From Mesoplasma florum L1 (GTDB lineage: Bacteria; Bacillota_I; Bacilli_A; Mycoplasmatales; Mycoplasmataceae), in NCBI RefSeq assembly GCF_000008305.1, contig NC_006055.1, positions 270,001-302,000 of the forward strand: DNA of 32,000 nucleotides. The letters are read 5' to 3'. Made by a program: the position numbers and the translations under genes. This document shows, piece by piece, positions 21,458 through 32,000 of the stretch; the stretch's first letter is position 1; each line of letters starts with the position of its first letter. The notes beneath the pieces are model-generated. The model did no database searches. It saw only the letters and a program-made list of their open reading frames with translations, and was not told the origin of the DNA.

Positions 21458-24400
21458 ATGAAAAAAACAAGTAATTGATTACTTTTTAAACAGGGTTTAA
21501 AAGGTATATTTAAATTTAAAATTCAATTTGTGATCATTTTAATTCTTTCTTTTCTATCAATATTTATTTTAACAACTTCTATTTCTTTAAGAGATAGATT
21601 GAACCACACATACAATGAAGTTGTAAAAAGTGTTGACAAGTTCGACTATGAATATGACGATGAATTTTTTGGTATATCTGGTGGAGTTACATCAAATAAT
21701 GTTTCACAAAATCCAATGATAATGTTTGTAGAACCAGAATCATATTCAACAATTAATGGAGGTTCTAAAACTTTTAATATTTCTTTTAATGAAATATATG
21801 GTGGTAAAACTTTTATAACTGAAGCATTTTTAGATCAAAATATGAAAAATACTTATTATGCTAATAATGAAGAAGTTGGGTGAGATCTAAACAGTAAAGA
21901 TTTCATGGTAAAAACTAGAAATATTTTATTAAATTACTTTTATGGTGATTTAGTTTCAGCTTTAGATGGTCAAGAAACAGAAAGTTCTCTAAATTTACAA
22001 AAAACACCAATTTTTGCATATGCATCAACTTTAAACAAAGATGAAATAAAATCAGATTATGAAGTTATCAAAAGATATGAGTCAATAGAACCTATAAATA
22101 TATACGAAATTAAACAAAAAGATTTATTTTATTTTTCAACTATAGCATTTAGTAGTATTGGAGCTTATATTTCTGAAATAAATAATACTTATAATTTGAG
22201 CAATAGTACAAATCGTCTAGCAGAAAAAACATATGAAATAATCACAGGTAACAGTTTAAGAGAAAAACCTATTGATACTAATTTTATAGTTAATGAAGAA
22301 AATAAATATTCTCTAAGAGTAACTAATTCAACAAATAGTGATGCTTTAATAAGTATTAATTCAAACTCTAGAATAGATATTGAAAGTGCTATACAAAAAA
22401 ATGGATTAAAAGGTATATCTACTCCAACATTTTTTCAAAATAATAATAAAACCAATAAAATTATAAATCTTAATTCGTTTAAATTACAATCATCAGCAAA
22501 TGGTGATGATTGATCTGCTAGATTAACTGCATTTAATTCAACTAAAATTGAAGAAAACTTATTTAACAATTTAATGAATAATTCTAATTACGATTGAATT
22601 TTACAAGGTAAGAATTATACGAATACGAATACGAATACGAATACGAATGATGAAGTTGCTAATATATTATCTTTTACTTATAAAATGCAATCTGATATTG
22701 CAACAATTGCTTCAAATGTAGAAACAGAATTTAGGAAAGAATTTTCAGTATTTGATAATTCTTCACAAGTTGAATACAAAGCTGTTGTTTTAGATGAAAT
22801 GAAACATTCAAACTTAAAAATACTAAATCCCGATAAGGGAGGAAGAATGCCAATTGCAAAAGGTGAGATATTAATTTCTGAACAATTTGCTAGAGCCAGA
22901 AGAATACCTTTATTTTCAGATTTAAAAGTTGGAGCACAAAACTTTACTGTTATTGGATATGCTACAGATACATTTTCATATTATCCTGTTGTAAATGATG
23001 ATTTACCAATACCACAGCCTAAAAATACAGGGATTATTTATGCATCGCAAGAGACATTAAAATCTTTGTTTGAGGATACGCCTTCTTCAAATGCAGAAAA
23101 AATTGCTAAAACATATGCAAAAAGATTTATTTGAACAAATGAAAAATCAGATATTGATTTATTCAATTATTTATTTGCTCCATCTCAAAAAGCAAAAACA
23201 TTTGCTGAATCTGTATACAGATTCTCTTGAGACTTACAGCCTCAAGTTGTATTAGCTTATAGTTTATTTACTATTATAATTTCACTAATAATAGGTGTAA
23301 TAGCATTATCTGGTTTATTAATATCCCTTAAAAAATCAATTAAAGCGAATACAAAACAAATAGGTATTTTAAAAGCATTAGGTGTAGAACCACATAATAT
23401 TGCTTTATCTTATATAGCTCAATCAGTTATTATTGCTATATTTATAATTCCTTTAAGTTGAGGTATAGGATTATTGGTTCAATCTGGTTTTGTACATTTA
23501 TTTATTCCATATTTTAGTATTCAATTGTATCAAATTCAAGTTTCTGTATTACCCCTTATTATAGGTTTCATATTCTTTGGATTCTTATCTGTTATGGTTT
23601 CATTCTTAGTTGCATGAAGACTAACAAATAAACCAGTTATTGAAATTTTAAGAGTTGAAGAAACTAAAAAATCTCATTCTTGAATTTTAAATAAAATGAA
23701 AAATACTATTTTTAGCAAATCTAAATTTACTTTGAAATTCAGTATAACTTTAGCTTCAACAAATAGAAGAAATATATATTTAATGACAGTGGTTATTTTT
23801 ATAACATCATTTTTAGTTTCAATTGGTTTCACTATTCCAGCAACCGTAAGAACAGCTGAGTCTGCATATTATAAAAATGTTGAATATTCAAATAGTTATA
23901 ATTATGTTGAAAATGTGTCTAACTCACCATTATCTAAAGGCACAATAAGTTATTCAAAAGACCCTAGTGCAATAGACAAAGATTATACTAAACATGGAGA
24001 CATCTATTCGTATTCAAATCCTTCAAATTATTTTGAATCAACGTATGATTCATCACCAATTTCTAAGTACTTATATAATGGAATGGATGCTAATAATAAA
24101 CCTGTATATTCAAACACAATTAAGTATTTAGTTTCAGATTCAGCAAACTTGCCTTCAAACATTGAAGGTGAAACTGAAGCTAAATCAGGGTTATTCCAAA
24201 TTATTACAGAACAATTTGGAAATAACTTTGCAAACGGAATTGGTTCGCAATTTTCAATTGGGACAATTGAACAAATTTATGGTCTTTTATCAAGTTCACT
24301 TTATGATGCAACTACACTAAATCCTGAAACAAATAGTGCGCAAGAAACATATCTAAATGATGCCTTAGTTCAAAAGAAATATGATGTTATTACTAAAAAC

Positions 24401-26539
24401 TTAACTCAAGCTATACCAATGATATTAGGAAGTATCTTAGGATCAGGGACATCTGGTGATGAAAAAGATTGAAAAGAACAAATACTTTCAGTTATAGCAT
24501 CATCTGCTCCAGCTTTTGTTCAAAGTTATATTCAAAACCCATCAAGAGTTGAACAATATGGATTTGGATATAATGTTAAAAAAATATATAAAGATAGTGA
24601 AACTTTTGCAACTAATATTCAAGTTTCAAATAATGAAAATAATATTAAATTAACAGGTCTAGAGCAAAATCAAAAAGCCTTTACTATAAACAATAGTTTA
24701 CAAAATAAACTTTTTGTAAGTGAAGAAACTTTAAATAAATTAAATAACGTATTTAATGGTACAAAATATGATTCTGATATTGAAGAAAATGGCTTTAAAT
24801 ATTATGATCATGAAACAAACACAGTAAATGTGCCAATTTTACCAAACAAGCAAGCTTTAAACTCATATGGATTAAATAAAAATAATACAATTGATAATAT
24901 TTTTACAAAACAACAACAAATTTTATTCGAACATAAAAATGGAGAGAATATAACATATGATGTTCTACCAAAAGAAGCTTGAATATATGATGATTCTGAT
25001 TTTGTTAACTCAAATTACTTTAACAGTTCTTTTATTAAAGGTAGTGAAAACGCTAATACAGTAATGAATGATAGAACAGGAACATATGAAACAGACAAAA
25101 ATTATTTAAGTTTATATGATTTAGATAATAATAAGTTTACATATAAATATTTATATGACAAGAACAATATACTTCAAAAAGACAGCTATTTATTCAATGA
25201 TTTTGCTGTTAAAAATAATGAAGGAATTTCATATGTTAGACCATATTATGAATACTCAAATATTAAATTGTTTTTACCTAAAGCATTATTAAATGAAGAG
25301 AAAAAAAATGGAATTAATAAATGAGCAAATTACAATCAAAAAGATGGTGTAGTTACTGATGGATATTTTAAAGACAATGTTAGTGTAAATGACATTCCAT
25401 CAGCCACTAAAAAAGCGTGAGAATCAACTTATGGAATTGATGCTAGTTCTGATGGTTATATAATGATAAAACCTTATTCATTAGAGTATAGTTTATCTAA
25501 AGAAGAATCTATTAATAGAGGATTAGCAAATATTGTAGATGGACAACCTTTATGATTTCTTGATGCAATGAGAGCAAACTTATTTAAACAAGAAGCAGCT
25601 CAAGTTAAATACGCAAATACTGATTTAAAAGTTAATTTAAAATCAGTTGGAAGTCTTGATTCATATAATGGTAGTTTAACTATTGTTGATCAAGGATTAG
25701 CTAACTTAATTGGTAATTTCTCAATTAGCAAAAAATATGATGTTAATTATAATTTCTTTGAACCTGAAATTGTTGTTAAAGCAGGAGATACAATCAATGC
25801 TAATGGTGTATCATTTATATCTAGCTATGATAAATATAAATTACATAATGAAAGCGAAGATTTATATGTTTCAGATTATACAAAAATGTTAAATGGTGGA
25901 GCTAGCTCACTTAATTACACACAAATGATGTGAAACAATGCTAAATTTTCTAATATTGATGAACCAGTTGATCTAACTACTGGATTCCTTCAAACAACAC
26001 AAGAGAACAATGGTATTCTACTTTTATCACAAGTCCCAATTAGTAATATATCTAAAGAAAATTTAAGATTACAAGTAGCTGATCAAAAATTATTAAGCAT
26101 TGAAAAAGACTTAATTGCACAAATTTCTCAATTAGCAATTTCAATTGCCATGTTAATTATTGTAAGTGTTATTATAACCTCTTCGTTATTGATTATATTA
26201 ATTGGAGATATTTACATAACGCATTATGAAAGATTTATGATTTTAATGAAATCATTTGGTTATTCAAACTGAAAAGTTCAGAAATACTCATTTGGAACTG
26301 TAACTATTTTATCTATTATTGGATGAATAATAGCTACATTATTAGCATGTGGATTAATAGCATTAATTATGTTCATGCTTAAAATGTCAGGGCTTGCTGT
26401 TCCATTCATTATTTCATGATGACCATTTGTTGCCAGTTTAGCTGTTGTTTCTATTTCTTATTTTGGAAGTTTAATTTTAATTTCTAAAAAAGTAAGAAAA
26501 GGTGATCCAGCAGGTCTATTGATGGAAACTCATGAATAA
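21458..26539 (+). CDS. Giant ABC-transporter permease with two FtsX/MacB-type modules and two very large extracytoplasmic domains, 1693 aa (paralog 1)
   Basis: Seven track fragments (21530-, 21905-, 22685-, 23696-, 25064-, 25568-) are all in the frame of ATG 21458. I checked the gaps 21884-21904, 22514-22684 and 23135-23695 and they are open except for TGA. FtsX motifs are QIGILKALGVEPHNIALSYIAQ (about 23350-23420) and RFMILMKSFGYSNWKVQKY (about 26230-26290). A MacB-periplasmic-domain-like segment reads GEILISEQFARA. No Walker motifs are present. Confidence 0.85.
22619..22648 (+). repeat. Perfect hexanucleotide microsatellite (ACGAAT)x5 inside permease paralog 1, encoding (Thr-Asn)5
   Basis: Counted directly in the sequence. 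The repeat is in frame, and the corresponding region of paralog 2 has none. Confidence 0.95.
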
Positions 26540-26546
26540 AAAATAA

Positions 26547-26591
26547 AAACTTATCACTTTGGAAATTATCCAAAAATTGATAAGTTTTTTT
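26547..26591 (+). terminator. Long compound hairpin terminator between the two permease paralogs
   Basis: AAACTTATCA (26547-26556) pairs with TGATAAGTTT (26578-26587), with an inner stem TTTGG/CCAAA, followed by a T-run. Confidence 0.7.
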
Positions 26592-26606
26592 ATCATATAG
26601 TATAAT
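26577..26606 (+). promoter_or_regulatory. Sigma-70-like promoter for permease paralog 2, overlapping the terminator's descending arm
   Basis: TTGATA (26577-26582), an 18-nt spacer, and TATAAT (26601-26606), 28 nt upstream of ATG 26634. Confidence 0.55.
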
Positions 26607-26633
26607 CTTATTAAAAGAAATAAAGGCGATAAA

Positions 26634-29600
26634 ATGGACAAATTTAAAAATAATTTATTATTTTTTAAACAAAGTTTAAAATCTATATTTAAGTTTAGGA
26701 TTCAATTCCTAAGTATTTTGTTATTGTCTTTTATGTCAATTGTAGTTTTAACAAGTTCATTAACAATAAAAGATAGACTTAATGATACTTATAATTCTGT
26801 TGTTGGAGATGTTGAAAAATTTGATTATCATGTTTCAGATCAAATGTCTTTTATTAAAAACCAACCTTCAACTAATAAAGTTTCAAAACAATTAATACTT
26901 AGTTTTTTACCAGTTGATTCAAGAACAAGTGTTGATCAACAAGAAACAGTAAACATTAACTTTAATTCAATATATGGAAGAACATTTATTACAGAAGCTT
27001 TTGAAAAAGACAATAGAATGCTTAATACTTTTATTTCAAATACTTTCAATGAAGATTCAAATAATAATTGAAATGCATTTTCATCAAATGCGTTTTTCTG
27101 AACTACAAGAATGTTGTTATTAGAAAGTTTTTATACCGATTTAGATCTTTACTATAACCATAACGATTCAAGTGTAGATTATTTAAATTACGTTCCTATA
27201 GTTAGTTATATAAATGAAATAGATGATAAAAGTTTTATAGAAAACGATTTAAATAATATAAAAACAAATCTTTCAACAAAAAAATTTGATGAAAACATAA
27301 ACGAAAACAATACTGTTTTTACTCTTAATAGTCTAAATAACAATGAATCACAAACTAATGATATTATCGGAATTGAGAATAAAGACATTTATTTATATGC
27401 ATCAAATGCATTTTCAAGTGCTTTTGCTTTTATCAGAGAATTTTTAAATAGTTCTAATTGAAGTTTTGAAAATGAAAATAGAGGAAAAGCTATTTTTCAA
27501 TTTATAACAGGTCAAGATATTCAAAATAACTGAAATCAATCAAATGTAAACCAAGAGTGAGTAGTTAATGAGCAAAATAAATTGTATGATTCTGTAGTTA
27601 CAGGAGATACAAAAGAAAAAAACTATATATATGTATCAAAAGATACAAATAATTCTGATGTGTATGCAAAAATTAAGAGTAATGGTTTAAAGGGTAAAGC
27701 AACCCCAATTGTTGCGTTTTATGATGATGAAGATAAAATTACAAAAGCTTCAACTGAATATATTAATTTAAACCCTTTAAGTTTAAATTCAAATAGTTTA
27801 AATGATGATTGAAGTGGTAAATTTAGTGCAATCAATAACTCTAACATGTCTGATCAGTTTTTTGGTAATTTGTTTTCAGAAAGAAATATTGAATGATTAA
27901 CTTGAAGTCAAAGCAATTACTCTTTATTTGAAGCTAATAGCCCATGAACAAACAATATTTCAAATAATTATAGAATGTTCTTAAAAATTGCAGCATCTTA
28001 CTCTAATTTTAATATTGAATTTAGAAAAGAGTTTAATGTATTTGATAATTTAAATCAAATTCAATATAAAGCAGTAATACTTGATGAATATAATCATACT
28101 AACCTGAAAATATTAAATGATAATGAGGGTGGTAGATTACCTTTAAATCATGGTGAAATATTAGTTTCTGAACAATATGCAAAAGCACATAATATTAAAA
28201 ATAATTCAACTATAAAAATAGGACCTCAAGTTTTAACTGTAGTTGGTATTGCTACTGATACGTTTTCTTACTATCCAATAGTTGATGAAAATGTGCCATT
28301 TCCTCAATATAGAAACTCAGCTATTATATATGGAACTGAACAAACATTGTTCCCAATTGTTGAAAATTCACAATCAACTTCAAAAGAACAAATATCTAAT
28401 ACTAATATTAATTATTTCCTATGATCTAAAGACAATAGTGCTAGCAAAAACTTTGAAACCTTTGCATCATTCACTCCGTTATCAAAAAATACTAAAACTT
28501 TTAATGAATCAAGTTATAGAATGAACTGAGTGCTTCAACCATCAATAGTTTCAGGGTTATTAATAATCATGATTTCAATATCTGTTATTGTTGGTGTTAT
28601 ATCATTATTGGGAGTTGTAATTTACATTAAAAAAATGGTTAAAGCAAATATAAAACAAATAGCAATATTAAAGGCTATGGGAGTAAATTCATTCTCAATA
28701 GCAAAATCATATGCTGCTGTTGGTTTAATTATAACTTTCTTAGTTATACCTATTGGTTGAATGGTTGGAACATCAGTACAGTTAATATTTATTAAAATGT
28801 TTATTCCATATTTTAGTGTACAGATTTCTCAAATATCAATCTCAATGGTTGCTTTATTAATTGGTGTATTTGCATTTGGTTTTGCTGTAATTATTTTATC
28901 AATATTATTTGCTTACATTGAAACAAGAGAAGATGTAACTTTAATGTTAAACAAGGTTGGTAAAGTAAAACAACAAGCTGCAATAATGAATTGAATTAAT
29001 AGAGTTTTTGCAAATTCAAAATTCACATTAAGATTCAGTTTAATTGTAAGTGCATCAGCAATTAGAAATACAACAACAACTGCATTTGTAATTTTCATTT
29101 CATCATTCTTGATTTTCTTCGGATTGTCAATTCCGGCTTTAGTTGAAACAACTAAAAATGGTTACTATAACCATTTGAACTATAACAACCAACATAGATT
29201 TGTAGAAAATGTATATAACGCGCCATTGTCAAAATCGACAATTAGTTATACTGAAGATTTGAAAACCATCGACGCGAACTATAAAACTACATCTTTAATG
29301 GAATATTATTCAAATCCAACATATAGTTATGATTCATCATTTGATGTTTCTCCACTATCTAAATATGTTTATTCAAAAAACCAAGCTGGTAGTGGGCAAA
29401 TTACAAATACATTTAAATATATTGTTAATGATTCAAGTAACAATGCAGTTTATTCAACAGAAATTGAAGAAAATGGTAATAACACAGGATTATTCCAATT
29501 AATCACTGAACAATTTGGTAACAACTTTGCAAATGGTATAGGTTCACAATTTAGTGTTGGTATGATAGATCAAGCGCTAAACGTTATTATGAACTCTTAT

Positions 29601-31808
29601 TATGATGCAACAGCTTATGGCACAAACGCTTATTCTAGAATAAATAGTGACATGGATAACTTAAATAAATTTAATATCATAACAAAAAACTTAACAGATG
29701 CAATACCAATGATACTTGGTGCTGTTTTGGGTGGGGGTTCTGGAGAATCAAGCGGTAATTGAAAAGAAGATATTTTATCAATTATTTTAAAAAATGTTCC
29801 ACCTTATGTAGAGAGATATTTACAAGACCCTTCACGTAAAGAACAATATGCTTTTGGATATAATGTTAAAAAAGTAACTAAAAATGAAGATTCATTAGCA
29901 ACAAGCATCAATGTTGATACTGAAGAATATAAAAATATGAGTTTTACAGGAATAAACCCTAATCAACAAGCATTTGATCTAAACAATGAAAAAATATTTG
30001 TAAGTGATAAAACAGCTACTGAAATTGAAATGTTAATAAATAATCAATGAGATATGACAAAATCAATTTCAGAAAATGGCTTTGTTTATTATGATGCTCA
30101 AACAAAAACTTTAACAATTCCTATAATGCCAAACAATCAAGCAAAAAATAAATATCATTTATCAAATAACAAGGTTTTACAAAATGAAAGTGTATTTGGA
30201 AATCAATTAAAATTTAAATCAAAAAATGATAGTCAATTTTTAAGCTTGCCAAAACAAGCTTGAGTATATAATGATTCAGATTTCTTGAATTCTGATTACT
30301 TTAAAACTAATTTAAATCAAAAAGATAGTGACTCAAATATTAAAAGTAATAGAACTGGTGTAATAAGCGATCAAAACTATTTAGATCCTGCTAATCTTGA
30401 TAACAATAAATTTACTTATAAAATTCAATATACTGGTGAAAATGAAAATACATCATTAGATAATAATGCTTATATGTTTAATGATTTTGCTGTTGATAAC
30501 AATGAGAATGGTGTAAGTTATGTTAGGCCATACTATCAATATGAAAATATTGAGTTATTTATTCCAGAAAACTTAATTGGTTCAGTTGATGAATGAGCTA
30601 ATACAACAAACAATACACCTGATAAATCAAAATACTTTGAATCAGATATTAGTGGTGAAAATATACCAAAAGATGTTAAACATGCTTGAGAAAGTATGTA
30701 CTCATCAGCAAAAGACTCAAAATATATTAAAATCAAACCTTATTCTTTAAGTTATAAAAGAACAGATTATAAAAACAAAGGTTTAGCAAACTTGTTAGAA
30801 AAAGAATCTAATTATGTTTGATATGCAAGTGCCATGAGAAATAATTTATTTAAGCAAGAAAATGATTCTGTTAAGTATTTAAATTCAAACTTAAATATAG
30901 ATTACAAAGTTGTTGGAACATTAAATTCTTACAACACAAGTATGATCTTAATGGATCAAAAGATGGCTAATATTCTTTCAAATTATTCTCTAGCAAAAAA
31001 ACAAGATGTTAAAAATAATGTTTTTGAAGATACTCCAAAAGTTAAAGCAGGACAAACTATAACAGATAATAATGGAAATAAAATTGTCAGTGAATTTGAT
31101 AGATATGAATTACATGATGATAACAAAGATATTTATTTAAATGATTGAACTAATATGTTATCTGAAGGTGCAGACTCAACACAATATACTCAATACATGT
31201 GAAGTAATACAAAATATTCAAATGTTGAAGAATCGATTGATTTAACAACTGGTATATGACAAAGTATTTCAGAAAACAATGGATTATTAATGTTAAGTCA
31301 AACACCAATTGGAAATATATCTGATGGATTTGTAACAAGCAGTATTATAAGTTCTAAACTTCTTTCAACTGAAAAAGAATTAATTAAACAAATAACAAGT
31401 CTAGCTATTGTTTTAGGTTCATTCTTTATTATAATTGTAATTATCACGGCATCGTTATTAATAATGTTAATCGGAGATATCTACATTGCTTCGCTACAAA
31501 GGTTTATGATATTAATGAAGTCATTCGGATATTCAAACTGAAAAACCCAGAAATATTCATTTGGTGTAGTTAGTGTATTAGCAATATTTGCATGATTTAT
31601 ATCAACATTATTAGCAACTGCAGCAATGTCTTCAGTTTCAATAATTCTAGCTTCATACGGACTTGCAATACCAATGGCACTAACTTGATGACCATTTATT
31701 GTTTCTGCAGTTATTATCGGATTATCTTTCTTTGGAAGTCTATCTGTTATAACTAGAAAAATAAGAAAAGGTGACCCTGCAGGATTATTAAGTGAAACTC
31801 ATGAATAA
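26634..31808 (+). CDS. Giant ABC-transporter permease with two FtsX/MacB-type modules, 1724 aa (paralog 2)
   Basis: Eleven track fragments from 26634 to 31541 share one frame (all start coordinates divisible by 3). The protein is collinear with paralog 1 from the N-terminus (LFFKQSLKSIFKFRIQF vs LLFKQGLKGIFKFKIQF) to the C-terminus (GDPAGLLSETHE vs GDPAGLLMETHE). Stop is TAA 31806-31808. Confidence 0.85.
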
Positions 31809-31818
31809 AGGAGAAATT

Positions 31819-32000
31819 ATGAAAAAAGTAGCAATAATTTTACATAAAAATTTTGAAGAATCAGAAGCTATTGTAACAATTGATATACTAAGAAGATCTG
31901 AAATTATTGTAGATATATACAATATTGAAAATAAAGATTTTCAAGTAGGTTCTCATAATATAATTGTAAAAACAGAATATAATATTCAATCGCTGAATTC
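31819..32000 (+). CDS. DJ-1/PfpI (ThiJ) family protein, N-terminal 60 aa; the gene continues beyond the window
   Basis: SD AAGGAG (31808-31813) precedes the ATG, which lies 10 nt after the permease stop. The N-terminus MKKVAIILHKNFEESEAIVTIDILRRSEI matches the typical DJ-1/PfpI start (KVAVLL..GFEE.E....DVLRRA). Confidence 0.6.
   Translation, partial: MKKVAIILHKNFEESEAIVTIDILRRSEIIVDIYNIENKDFQVGSHNIIVKTEYNIQSLN

Noticed and set aside
23070-31338. Assorted short ORFs inside the two giant permease genes (23070-23255 +, 25710-25892 +, 27206-27388 -, 28282-28524 +, 28913-29098 -, 30536-30736 -, 31150-31338 -)
   Set aside because: All are off-frame or antisense to the long table-4 reading frames, whose paralog-to-paralog collinearity supports the assigned frames.

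Overview
This window is a very AT-rich chromosomal segment of a Mollicute (Mycoplasma/Mesoplasma/Entomoplasma-like) that reads TGA as Trp (translation table 4). The supplied standard-code ORF track therefore cuts almost every gene into pieces. I re-joined same-frame fragments across in-frame TGA codons, which also recovers three genes the track misses completely or largely: the MerR regulator, the dimeric dUTPase and the ABC-2 permease.

Gene order:
- trmFO (3' part), ung and a yhaM-like exoribonuclease (+).
- A minus-strand operon of two large lipoproteins plus a HIT protein, joined by TAATG stop/start overlaps.
- sufS, sufU and 5-formyl-THF cyclo-ligase.
- A small MerR-family regulator and an aldo/keto reductase.
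- A Cys-rich membrane protein, then pgi.
- An ABC ATPase with an ABC-2 permease.
- A dimeric-type dUTPase and a TrmH/SpoU methyltransferase.
- gapN.
- An 831-aa lipoprotein followed by two tandem paralogous giant (about 1700 aa) double-FtsX/MacB-like permeases.
- The start of a DJ-1/PfpI gene.

I found no rRNA, tRNA, CRISPR array, transposase or prophage signal.

Most interesting observations:
1. Three promoters with the 19-bp spacer typical of MerR-type promoters share a near-identical operator, ATTAAA-GTAGG-TTTAAT. They sit upstream of the merR gene, the aldo/keto reductase and gapN, 6 kb away. A degenerate copy lies in the sufS leader. This suggests a small carbonyl/redox-stress regulon.
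2. The lipoprotein plus tandem giant permease cluster has no ATPase gene next to it within the window.
3. The lipoprotein-lipoprotein-HIT operon resembles the M. hominis hitABL arrangement.

Minor items are an in-frame (ACGAAT)5 microsatellite, a T16 tract shared by a terminator and a promoter region, and a 10-bp direct repeat upstream of the dUTPase operon.
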